32,000 nucleotides of DNA from Delftia acidovorans NBRC 14950 (GTDB taxonomy: Bacteria > Pseudomonadota > Gammaproteobacteria > Burkholderiales > Burkholderiaceae_C), in the NCBI RefSeq assembly GCF_001598795.1, contig NZ_BCZP01000029.1, forward strand, positions 1-32,000. Direction: 5' to 3'. Under the pieces are notes generated by a model, which saw nothing but the letters and a program-made list of their open reading frames with translations, was not told where the DNA came from and did not search any database. This document shows positions 9,277 to 17,475 of this stretch, piece by piece; position 1 is the stretch's first letter; the number at the start of each line of letters is the position of its first letter. The position numbers were made by a program, and so were the translations under genes.

Positions 9277-10142
9277 GCCTTTGGCAACAACTGGGCCACT
9301 GGGCCCGCAGACTGGGCCGCCGCGCACGCTCCACGGTGTCGCCGGTGCCCGAGATTCCCGCGCCGCTGTGGCTGTCCACGCTGGCCGCCTACCCTTTTCT
9401 CGCGTCGCTGACGCTGGAGGAGCAATCCAAGCTGCGCGCCCTGGCCGCCGTCTTCCTGCAGCGCAAGCGCTTCCACGGCGCGCACGGCCTGCAAGTGAGC
9501 GATGCCATGGCGCTGGAGATTGCCGCCCAGGCCTGCCTGCCCCTGCTGCACTGGGGCGAGCCGCAGGGCGCGCTGTCCTGGTATGACGACTTTGTCGGCA
9601 TCGTGGTGCACCCGGGCGATGCCGTGGCGCGGCGCCAGAGCATGGACGAGGCCGGCGTCATCCACGACTACGACGAAGTGATCATGGGCGAGGCCATGCA
9701 TGGCGGCCCCGTCATGCTGAGCTGGCAGGCCATTGGCGCAGGGCGCGGCTCCCACGCCAGCCACCATGGCCACGGCGGCCAGCCCGCCAATGTGGTGATC
9801 CACGAATTCGCCCACAAGATCGACATGCGCAACGGCGGTGCCGACGGCTGCCCGCCCCTGCCGCCCGGCTTCATGGGCAGCAGCTCCGCGCGCCAGGCCC
9901 GCGAGATATGGCAGGCCGCCTGGGCGCCGGCCTACGACGCCTTCCGTGAGCAGATCACCATCGCCGAGCGCTTTGGTGGCGAATGGCCCTGGCTGGACGG
10001 CTATGGCGCCACGGCGCCCGCCGAATTCTTTGCCGTGGCCTGCGAGGCCTTCTTCGTGGACCGCGCCCGCTTTGCCCTGGAATTTCCCACGCTGGCGCCG
10101 CTGCTGGCTGCGCTCTTCAAGCCGGCCACCAGTCAACCCTGA
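9273..10142 (+). CDS. M90-family (MtfA-like) zinc-dependent peptidase
   Basis: HExxH motif VVIHEFAHKID and conserved EFFAVACEAFF segment. The ATG overlaps the lpxH stop (ATGA at 9273-9276). Confidence 0.8.
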   Translation: MSLWQQLGHWARRLGRRARSTVSPVPEIPAPLWLSTLAAYPFLASLTLEEQSKLRALAAVFLQRKRFHGAHGLQVSDAMALEIAAQACLPLLHWGEPQGALSWYDDFVGIVVHPGDAVARRQSMDEAGVIHDYDEVIMGEAMHGGPVMLSWQAIGAGRGSHASHHGHGGQPANVVIHEFAHKIDMRNGGADGCPPLPPGFMGSSSARQAREIWQAAWAPAYDAFREQITIAERFGGEWPWLDGYGATAPAEFFAVACEAFFVDRARFALEFPTLAPLLAALFKPATSQP

Positions 10143-11101
10143 TCGGAGCAAACCTCCTTCAGTGCCTGGGCGAACAGGCGCTGCTCCTCGTACTGCCCGC
10201 CCGCCTTGCGCTCGAACAGGGTGATGGGTGGCAGGGTCCAGCCAAAACGGTGGCGCACAATGCCCACGCCCGCGATGCGCACCAGTTCCTCGGCAATGTC
10301 GGCCGGCACGATGGACACGGCCCGCTCATTGGCCGCCACCAGTTCGCCGATCACCTTGGCCGAGAGCGTTTCCACAAACGGCGGCGGCGGCTCCACGCCC
10401 GCGCGCAGAAAAAAGTCGGTGATCTGCTCGCGCATGGGCGTGCGGCGCTGGCCCAGCACCCAGTCAAGCCCCGTGAGTTCGGCCCATTGCAAAGGCCGGC
10501 GCCCCAGCCGTGTGGCCAGACTGCGGTGGGCGATCAGGCGAGGCTCCTGCTCATAAAGCACGCTGTGCCGTATGCCGCTCATGTCCAGCACGGCCGAGGC
10601 GCGGCCAATCACGCAGTCCAGCTCATGTGCGCGCAACTTTTGCAGCAGGCGGTCGCTGGTGTCCTCATGCAGCGTGACCGTGATGCGCCGGCCCTGCGGC
10701 CGCGTCCTGCCGATGGCATCGGCCAGCATGCGCGCCGGCAGGAAGGGGATGACACCCACCTGCAGGTGCGCCGCACGCTGCTGCCCCACGGCCTCGATGT
10801 CGTGGGCCCAATGGTCCAGATCGGCCAGCATGCCCCGGGCGCGCGCCAGCACCAGCGCGCCCAGCTCCGTAGGCTCCATGCCGCGCGCAGAACGCAGGAA
10901 CAGCGGCGCGCCGAACAATGACTCCAGCTCGGCCAGGGCCTGGGTCACGGCGGGCTGGCTGGTGGCCATGCGCTCAGCCACGCGGGTCAGCGTGCCCAGC
11001 TCGCTGATGGAGCGCAGCAGCAGCAAATGCTTCATCTTCAGGCGTGTGGCCATGCGGTGGGCCAGTTGGGCAGCGGTCGATGCAGTGCGGTTTTGCGGCA
11101 T
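10133..11101 (-). CDS. LysR-family transcriptional regulator
   Basis: N-terminal wHTH LRSISELGTLTRVAERMATSQPAVTQALAELESLFGAPLF and a LysR substrate-binding-like C-terminal part. The true start may be an internal Met (about 11053 or 11035). The 3' end overlaps the convergent M90 peptidase gene by 10 nt. Confidence 0.88.
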   Translation of the reverse strand: MPQNRTASTAAQLAHRMATRLKMKHLLLLRSISELGTLTRVAERMATSQPAVTQALAELESLFGAPLFLRSARGMEPTELGALVLARARGMLADLDHWAHDIEAVGQQRAAHLQVGVIPFLPARMLADAIGRTRPQGRRITVTLHEDTSDRLLQKLRAHELDCVIGRASAVLDMSGIRHSVLYEQEPRLIAHRSLATRLGRRPLQWAELTGLDWVLGQRRTPMREQITDFFLRAGVEPPPPFVETLSAKVIGELVAANERAVSIVPADIAEELVRIAGVGIVRHRFGWTLPPITLFERKAGGQYEEQRLFAQALKEVCSDQG

Positions 11102-11120
11102 GGATTCAGGCGTGGCGCGT

Positions 11121-11170
11121 CATAAGCAAAATCATATTGAACAATAAAAACAAACGAATTTCTGCTTATG
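11121..11170. promoter_or_regulatory. AT-rich divergent promoter region with 8-bp inverted repeat (candidate LysR operator)
   Basis: CATAAGCA (11121-11128) and TGCTTATG (11163-11170) are exact reverse complements flanking a 34-nt A/T-rich spacer, between the LysR gene and the TauE-family gene. Confidence 0.35.
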
Positions 11171-11227
11171 CATGCGCTCCAGAATTCCTGCGTCTTGCAC
11201 ACCCAAAACGAAAGGACAAGGCAGACC

Positions 11228-11983
11228 ATGGATGGCATGTTTTTCATCATCGCGCTGGGCGCGGCGGCGGCCGGATTCGTGCAGGGCCTGTCGGGCTTCG
11301 CCTTCGGCATGGTGGCCATGTCGTTCTGGGCCTGGGTGCTGGAGCCGCGCGATGCGGCCGTGCTCACCGTCTTCGGCTCGCTGCTGGGCCAGGTGCTGTC
11401 GGCCATTACCGTGCGGCGCGGGTTTGCGCTGGCAAAGCTGCTGCCCTTCATCCTGGGCGGTCTTGCCGGCATTCCGCTGGGCGTCTTGCTGCTGCCGCAC
11501 CTGGACATGGCCTGGTTCAAAGCCCTGCTGGGCGGCATGCTGGTGCTGTGGTGCCCGGTGATGCTGCTGTCGGCCCGGCTGCCCAGGCTGGCGCGCGGCG
11601 GCCGGGTGGCAGACGGCGCCGTGGGCCTGGCGGGCGGCGTGATGGGCGGACTGGGCGGCTTCACGGGCACGCTGCCCACGCTGTGGTGCACGCTGCGCGG
11701 CTGCCCCAAGGATGAGCAGCGCTCCATCATCCAGAACTTCAACCTGTCCATGCTGGCCGTGACCATGGCCACCTACCTGGGCACCGGCATGGTCACGCGC
11801 AGCATGCTGCCGCTGTTCGCCATCGTCGCGCCGGCCATGCTCATTCCATCGCTGCTGGGCTCCAGGCTGTATATCGGCATCAGCGAGATGCGTTTCCGGC
11901 AGATCGTGCTGGGCCTGCTGTGCCTGTCCGGCGTGGCGCTGCTGGCCTCCTCGGTGCCGGTGCTGCTGCAGCGCGCGGGCTGA
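11228..11983 (+). CDS. TauE/SafE-family (DUF81) anion exporter membrane protein
   Basis: 251 aa and highly hydrophobic, with repeated G-rich TM helices: FIIALGAAAAGFVQGLSGFAFGMV... and ...VGLAGGVMGGLGGFTG. ATG at 11228. Confidence 0.85.
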   Translation: MDGMFFIIALGAAAAGFVQGLSGFAFGMVAMSFWAWVLEPRDAAVLTVFGSLLGQVLSAITVRRGFALAKLLPFILGGLAGIPLGVLLLPHLDMAWFKALLGGMLVLWCPVMLLSARLPRLARGGRVADGAVGLAGGVMGGLGGFTGTLPTLWCTLRGCPKDEQRSIIQNFNLSMLAVTMATYLGTGMVTRSMLPLFAIVAPAMLIPSLLGSRLYIGISEMRFRQIVLGLLCLSGVALLASSVPVLLQRAG

Positions 11984-12136
11984 GCGCGCCGAACGCGCTG
12001 CCTGGAAGGCCTGGAACCAAGCCGGCCGGCTGCAGCAGATGGCCAAGCAACGGCAGCAACACGTGCAGGGGCTGGGCAATGAACTGGCCGCCGCCAAGAA
12101 GGCTCCGCAGCGCGCGCAAGACGGGGCACTGCCCTC

Positions 12137-12173
12137 GAAAAAAGGCGGGGCAGGAATCGCTCCCTGCCCCGCC
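12137..12173 (-). terminator. Intrinsic terminator of the five-heme cytochrome gene
   Basis: Minus strand: GGCGGGGCAGG-GAGCGATT-CCTGCCCCGCC followed by TTTTTT. A second hairpin, TCCCGCC-ACGC-GGCGGGA (12181-12198), precedes it. Confidence 0.85.
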
Positions 12174-12224
12174 TTCAGGCTCCCGCCGCGTGGCGGGAAC
12201 TCCTTCTTCTCCCTCGATGGCGCA

Positions 12225-14405
12225 TCAGTACCGCGCGTCGGCCGGCTTCTTGTCCTTGGGCCAGTCCTTGTGCTTGTTGGCAAAGTCCGGGCGCGGCTGG
12301 TGGCTGAAGTACTCGGCCACATCCACGGCCTCCTGGTCGCTGAGGCCGCCCTGGCCCAGCGGGAAGTTGCCATGGAAGGCGATGGGCATGTTGCGCTTGA
12401 CGAAGGCCGCTGCCGTGTAGGTGCGCGCCATGCCCGCGCCGATGTTGAAGGACTGGTCACCCCACAGCGGCGGATAGACCCACTGGCCCTTGGCATTTTT
12501 CACGCCCTCGCCCTCGCCGCCATGGCAGACCGCGCACTGGGCCGCATAGACCTTCTTGCCGTTGTCCACGTTGGGCACGATGGACTGGCTGATCTTGCCC
12601 ACGCCCCGGCCTTCGACCTTGTCTTCGGGTTTGGTTTCGCGGCGCATCCAGTCGAAGTAGGCCACCATGGCCTTGATCTCGTCGGACTCCAGCGGCAGCG
12701 GCTTGCCGTTCATGGAGCGCAGGAAGCAGCCATTGATGCGGTCCTCCAGCGTGATGACGCGGCCCGCGCGCGGCGCATATCCGGGGAAGAAGGCCGAGAC
12801 ACCGATATAGGGCGAACCATCGGCCACGGTGCCCGCGTTCAGGTGGCAGCTGGCGCAGTTCAGCGCATTGCCCACATTCCTGGGCAGCAGGTCACGCGTC
12901 TCTATGTTCAGGCGGGCGCCGTAGACCAGTTGCTTCGCGTTGGATTCGTCCAGCATGGCGGCCAGGCGCGGCGTCTCGAAAGGGCGCGCGCTTTCGCCCT
13001 TGGCATCGAGCTGCTTGCGCATGGATTGCACCTCCCTGGCATGGATCTCGCGCGCATCGGCACGGCCCCAGCTCTTGCGGGCGAAGTTGAGGATGTCGGC
13101 GATCTCCGCATCCTTGAGCTGTGCGAAGGCCGGCATGGTCAGCGGCCGGGCGTGGCTTTGCGTGACCGGCGCCTTCCAGCCCACCAGCATCAGATGGATC
13201 AGCGTGGACGGGTCCTGCGACTGCAGCGAGAAATTGCCGGCCAGCGGCGGAAACACGTCCTTCACGCCACCGCCATCGGCACGGTGGCAGTCGGCGCAGA
13301 ACTGCAGATAGCCCAGGCCGCCCCGGCTGGCGTAGAGATCGGCAGGCACGTCGGAAGACACTGCCGACGTGGCGGATGGCGCATGCACGGAAGCCTGCGA
13401 CGCCGGATGCGGGGCGATGACCGGCCCCGGCCCCTGGGCCACCTGCATGGGCAGATCGTTCTTGCCTGCGGGCAGCGACTTCAGATAAGTGCCAATGGCC
13501 AGCAGGTCCGCATCGCTCATGTACTGCGTGCTGTGCTGCACCACATCGACCATGTTGCCGGAGACCGTGCCGTGGCTGTTGCGCCCGGTCTTGAGCAACT
13601 GGGCGGTTTCCTCGGGTGTCCACAGATTGCGCAGGCTCAGCGCGCGCCAGTTCTCCACGGTCTCGCCGGCCAGGAAATACTCGCCCTTGCTGCCCTCGCC
13701 GGTCATGGTCTTTTCCTGGAAGCCCACGCCGCGCGGCGTATGGCAGGCGCCGCAGTGGCCCAGGCCCTGCACCAGGTAGGCACCCCGGTTCCACTGGGCA
13801 GTTTGCTGCGGTTGGGGCTGGAAGGGCGTGTCATCCAGAAACACCCAGTTCCACAGCGCCAGGCCCCAGCGCTGGTTGAAGGGAAAGCCCAGGTCGGACT
13901 CCTTGTTGGCCGCCTTCACGGGCGCCACACCCTGCAGCAGATAGGCGTACAGGGCCTGCATGTCCTCAGCCGTCATCTTGGCGTAGGAGGGATAGGGCAT
14001 GGCCGGGTACAGGTTGCGGCCATCGGCTGCCACGCCCTTGCGCATGGCGCGGTCGAACTGCTCGAAGCTGTATTTGCCCATGCCCGTTTCGGCGTCGGGC
14101 GAGATATTGGTGGAATAGATCTTGCCGAATGGCGTCTCCAGCGCAAGCCCACCACCCATGGGCTGGGATTTATTGCCGGTGTGGCAGGCAACGCAATCGC
14201 CCAGGCGTGCGATATATCGGCCGCGATCGACCAGGGTTCTTTGCTCCGCCGTCAGGTCCGCCGCGTAATCGGCAGGCAGGTCATCAATGATTTGTGGCAT
14301 TTGCGCATGGTCCACTCCGGGCGCCGGCGCCGAAATGGCCAGTTGCCACGCGGCGGCCGACAGCGCGGCCACGCACAGCAGGCCTTGCTTGAGCGAGAGT
14401 TTCAT
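12225..14405 (-). CDS. Secreted five-heme c-type cytochrome: ADH/GADH-type triheme cytochrome c module fused to a TsdA-like diheme thiosulfate dehydrogenase module
   Basis: Signal peptide MKLSLKQGLLCVAALSAAAWQLAISA. CxxCH at aa 71, 218, 370, 517 and 624. N-terminal motifs RGRYIARLGDCVACH, LYPAMPYPSY. C-terminal motifs VGNALNCASCH, LEDRINGCFLRSMNG, PPLWGDQSFNIGAGM, QPRPDFANKHKDWPKDKKPADARY. ATG at 14405. Confidence 0.85.
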   Translation of the reverse strand: MKLSLKQGLLCVAALSAAAWQLAISAPAPGVDHAQMPQIIDDLPADYAADLTAEQRTLVDRGRYIARLGDCVACHTGNKSQPMGGGLALETPFGKIYSTNISPDAETGMGKYSFEQFDRAMRKGVAADGRNLYPAMPYPSYAKMTAEDMQALYAYLLQGVAPVKAANKESDLGFPFNQRWGLALWNWVFLDDTPFQPQPQQTAQWNRGAYLVQGLGHCGACHTPRGVGFQEKTMTGEGSKGEYFLAGETVENWRALSLRNLWTPEETAQLLKTGRNSHGTVSGNMVDVVQHSTQYMSDADLLAIGTYLKSLPAGKNDLPMQVAQGPGPVIAPHPASQASVHAPSATSAVSSDVPADLYASRGGLGYLQFCADCHRADGGGVKDVFPPLAGNFSLQSQDPSTLIHLMLVGWKAPVTQSHARPLTMPAFAQLKDAEIADILNFARKSWGRADAREIHAREVQSMRKQLDAKGESARPFETPRLAAMLDESNAKQLVYGARLNIETRDLLPRNVGNALNCASCHLNAGTVADGSPYIGVSAFFPGYAPRAGRVITLEDRINGCFLRSMNGKPLPLESDEIKAMVAYFDWMRRETKPEDKVEGRGVGKISQSIVPNVDNGKKVYAAQCAVCHGGEGEGVKNAKGQWVYPPLWGDQSFNIGAGMARTYTAAAFVKRNMPIAFHGNFPLGQGGLSDQEAVDVAEYFSHQPRPDFANKHKDWPKDKKPADARY

Positions 14406-14657
14406 CGTCTTCGATCCACTGAAATGAATTATTATTGAAAGAGGCAAAAACGATATTGACGAGATATTCAACCCAACGCCTGCAGCCATTGCAGCAAATG
14501 ATCATCTCTTTGCGCAATATCTTCTTATATATACGAATTCTAGTGGTATCTCCCTATTTTTTCCATGCAATCCGACGAAAACGATAAGCCAACAGCGCAT
14601 TTAACGCGGGCTTAATCAATGCAAGGAGAAAGCGCGCGAAGCCGCCTCGGGCGCGCA
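14406..14657 (-). promoter_or_regulatory. A+T-rich upstream/promoter region of the cytochrome gene
   Basis: About 250 nt that is visibly A+T-rich in an otherwise very GC-rich window (e.g. GAATTATTATTGAAAG, TTATATATACGAATTC, CTATTTTTTCC). Lies between the aceE terminator and the cytochrome ATG. No individual promoter hexamers could be assigned with confidence. Confidence 0.5.
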
Positions 14658-14685
14658 CAAAAAAAGCGGCCCGCAAGGGGCCGCT
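14658..14685 (-). terminator. Intrinsic terminator after aceE
   Basis: Minus strand: GCGGCC-CCTTGCG-GGCCGC followed by TTTTTTT, about 55 nt after the aceE stop. Confidence 0.85.
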
Positions 14686-14740
14686 GATTTCACCGTCGGT
14701 GTATCCGTCAGTGTATGGGGTGGCGGCTCGCCCGCCGGGC

Positions 14741-17371
14741 TCAGACCGCCTGGCTGCAGCGGCGCGCCGCCTGCGCCACGCTGTGCGCGTCCACGCCAAA
14801 GTGGCCGCGCAAAGCGGCACGCGTGTCACTTCGGCCAAAGCCGTCCGTGCCCAGAGTGAGGAATCGCCTGCCTGCGGGCAGGAAGGCGCGCACGGTCTCG
14901 GGCACGGCGCGCACATAGTCGGTGGCAGCAATCACCGGGCCCTGCGTGCCGTCCAGCAGTTGGGCGATCCAGGGCTGCCCAGGTGCCTCACCTGCCAGCA
15001 TGCGCTGCTCGCAGGCCACGCCATCGCGCGCCAGTTCGCTCCAGCTGGTCACGCTGACCACGGTGGCGGCCATCCCCTCGCTGACCAATTGCTCGGCGGC
15101 CTTGAGCACTTCGGTGAGGATGGCGCCCGATCCCAGCAAGGTGACGTGCTGCGTGGCACGGCCCGCATCGCCAAAGCGGCTGAACACATAGCCGCCGCGC
15201 AGCACGCCTTCGGCCGCGCCCGGTGGCAGGTCGGGCTGGGCGTAGTTCTCGTTCATCAGGGTGATGTAGTAGAAAACGTCGCGCTGCTCCACCAGCATCT
15301 CGCGCATGCCGGCGTCCAGGATCACGGCCAGCTCACCCGCATGCGCTGGGTCCCAGGCCTTGCAGTTGGGAATGGTGGCCGCCACCAGATGGCTGGAGCC
15401 GTCCTGGTGCTGCAGGCCCTCGCCGCCCAGCGTGGTGCGGCCCGAGGTGGCGCCCAGCAAAAAGCCGCGCGCCCGCTGGTCGGCCGCCGCCCAGATGGCG
15501 TCGCCCACGCGCTGGAAGCCGAACATGGAGTAGTAGATGTAGAACGGCAGCATGGCCAGGCCGTGCACGCTGTAGCTGGTGGCCGCCGCCGTCCAGCTGG
15601 CGATGGCGCCGGCCTCGCTGATGCCCTCCTCCAGGATCTGGCCGTCCAGCGCCTCGCGGTAGGACAGCACCGAGCCGATGTCCTCGGGCGCGTAGCGCTG
15701 CCCCAGGCTGCTGTAGATGCCCACCTGCTTGAACAGGTTGGCCATGCCGAAGGTGCGCGCCTCGTCCGCCACGATGGGCACGATGCGTGGGCCCAGCTGC
15801 GCGTCCTTGAGCAGGCCGCCCAGCATGCGCACGAAGGCCATGGTGGTGCTCATCTCCTTGCCGGCAGGCGCCAGCGCAAACTGCGCGTACTGGTCCAGGG
15901 CGGGCACGGGCACGCGGTCGCACACGGTTTCGCGGCGCGGCAGTGCGCCGCCCAGGGCCGTGCGGCGATCGCGCAGGTAGTGCATCTCGGGGCTGTCATC
16001 GGCGGGCCGGTGGAAGGCCAGGCCCTTGGCCTGCTCGTCACTGAGCGGCAGGTTGAAGCGGTTGCGGAACTCGATCAGGTCGGACTCGTCCAGCTTCTTC
16101 TGGCTGTGCGTGGTCATCTTGCCCTGCCCGGCCGATCCCATGCCGTAGCCCTTCTTGGTGTGGGCAAGGATCACCGTGGGCTGGCCGCGATGGGCGGCAG
16201 CCGCTGCATAGGCGGCATGGATCTTCACCAGGTCATGGCCGCCGCGCTTCAAGCGGTCGATCTGCTCGTCCGTCAGGCCCTGGGCCAGGGCGGCGAGCTC
16301 GGGGTTCTGTCCGAAGAAATGCTCGCGGTTGTAGCGTCCGTCCTTGGCAGCGAAGGTCTGCATCTGCCCGTCCACCGTGCCGCCCAGCGTGCGTGCCAGG
16401 GTGCCGGTGAGGTCGCGCGCAAACAGCCCGTCCCAGTCGCTGCCCCACAGCAGCTTGACCACGTTCCAGCCCGCGCCCGCGAACAGCCGCTCCAGCTCAT
16501 CGACGATGCGGCCATTGCCGCGCACCGGGCCGTCCAGCCGCTGCAGATTGCAGTTGACCACCCAGACCAGGTTGTCCAGCCCCTCGCGCGCGGCCAGCGT
16601 GAGGGCGCTCATGCTTTCGGGCTCGTCCATCTCGCCGTCGCCGAACACGCCCCAGACCTTGCGTTCCTGGCAGTCCAGCAGGCGGCGGTGCGTGAGATAG
16701 CGCATGAAGCGCGCGTGGTAGATGCTGCTGATGGGGCCAATGCCCATGGAGCCCGTCGGGAACTGCCAGAAATCGGGCATCAGCCAGGGATGGGGATAGC
16801 TGGACAGGCCCTGCGCGCCTGCAGCCGGCGCGCTGATCTCCTGGCGGTAGTGCTGCAGGTCCTGCTCGGTCAGCCGCCCTTCCAGGAAGGCCCGCGCATA
16901 CACGCCGGGCGCGCTGTGCGGCTGGAAGAACACCAGGTCGCCCCGGTGCTGGCCCGGCGCAAGTCCCTCCCGGGCATGGAAGAAATGGTTGAACCCGGTC
17001 TCGAACAGGTCGGCCGCGCTGGCATAGCTGGCAATATGGCCGCCCAGCTCGCCATAGGCCTGGTTGGCGCGCACTACCATGGCCAGCGCGTTCCAGCGCA
17101 TGATGGACGCCAGCCGCTCCTCGATGGCCAGGTCGCCCGGAAACACCGGCTGCTGCTGCGCCGCCACGCTGTTCACATAGGGCGTGTTCAGGTCGGGCTG
17201 CCAGCCCAGGCGCTGCTCGCGCGCCATGCGCGCCAGCTCTTCCAGCACGAAGCGCGCGCGCTGCGGACCTTCTGTGGCGACCAGGGCCAGAAAGGCCTCG
17301 CGCCATTCGGCGGTTTCCTGGGGATCGGTATCGATTTCGGCCAGCGTGGCCAGCGGCGTGGGTGCGTTCAT
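14741..17371 (-). CDS. aceE: Pyruvate dehydrogenase E1 component, homodimeric type (stand-alone, no E2/E3 adjacent)
   Basis: 876 aa, collinear with E. coli-type AceE as I recall it. Shared segments include YVNS, WNALAMVVRAN, SSYPHPWLMPDFWQFPTGSMG, the ThDP motif FGDGEMDEPES...NLVWVVNCNLQRLDGPV, FYIYYSMFGFQR and LGTDGFGRSD. ATG at 17371. Confidence 0.93.
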   Translation of the reverse strand: MNAPTPLATLAEIDTDPQETAEWREAFLALVATEGPQRARFVLEELARMAREQRLGWQPDLNTPYVNSVAAQQQPVFPGDLAIEERLASIMRWNALAMVVRANQAYGELGGHIASYASAADLFETGFNHFFHAREGLAPGQHRGDLVFFQPHSAPGVYARAFLEGRLTEQDLQHYRQEISAPAAGAQGLSSYPHPWLMPDFWQFPTGSMGIGPISSIYHARFMRYLTHRRLLDCQERKVWGVFGDGEMDEPESMSALTLAAREGLDNLVWVVNCNLQRLDGPVRGNGRIVDELERLFAGAGWNVVKLLWGSDWDGLFARDLTGTLARTLGGTVDGQMQTFAAKDGRYNREHFFGQNPELAALAQGLTDEQIDRLKRGGHDLVKIHAAYAAAAAHRGQPTVILAHTKKGYGMGSAGQGKMTTHSQKKLDESDLIEFRNRFNLPLSDEQAKGLAFHRPADDSPEMHYLRDRRTALGGALPRRETVCDRVPVPALDQYAQFALAPAGKEMSTTMAFVRMLGGLLKDAQLGPRIVPIVADEARTFGMANLFKQVGIYSSLGQRYAPEDIGSVLSYREALDGQILEEGISEAGAIASWTAAATSYSVHGLAMLPFYIYYSMFGFQRVGDAIWAAADQRARGFLLGATSGRTTLGGEGLQHQDGSSHLVAATIPNCKAWDPAHAGELAVILDAGMREMLVEQRDVFYYITLMNENYAQPDLPPGAAEGVLRGGYVFSRFGDAGRATQHVTLLGSGAILTEVLKAAEQLVSEGMAATVVSVTSWSELARDGVACEQRMLAGEAPGQPWIAQLLDGTQGPVIAATDYVRAVPETVRAFLPAGRRFLTLGTDGFGRSDTRAALRGHFGVDAHSVAQAARRCSQAV

Positions 17372-17475
17372 GCCCGCCACTTTAGGACTGGCAGGCCGGC
17401 ATGAGCAGCCGTTCATGGATAAGGAAAACGCCATATTCCAGCATTTCATGCCGGTATCTACATAAAATCCGGCAC

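Noticed and set aside
14470-14500. Possible sigma-54 promoter (TGGCTGCAGGCGTTGG on the minus strand) upstream of the cytochrome gene.
   Set aside because: Spacing is off by one relative to TGGCAC-N5-TTGC, and the -12 element reads TTGG rather than TTGC.
11121-14660. AT-rich patches screened for dif, DnaA-box or origin-like elements.
   Set aside because: No TTATCCACA-type boxes and no dif-like 28-mer were recognisable.
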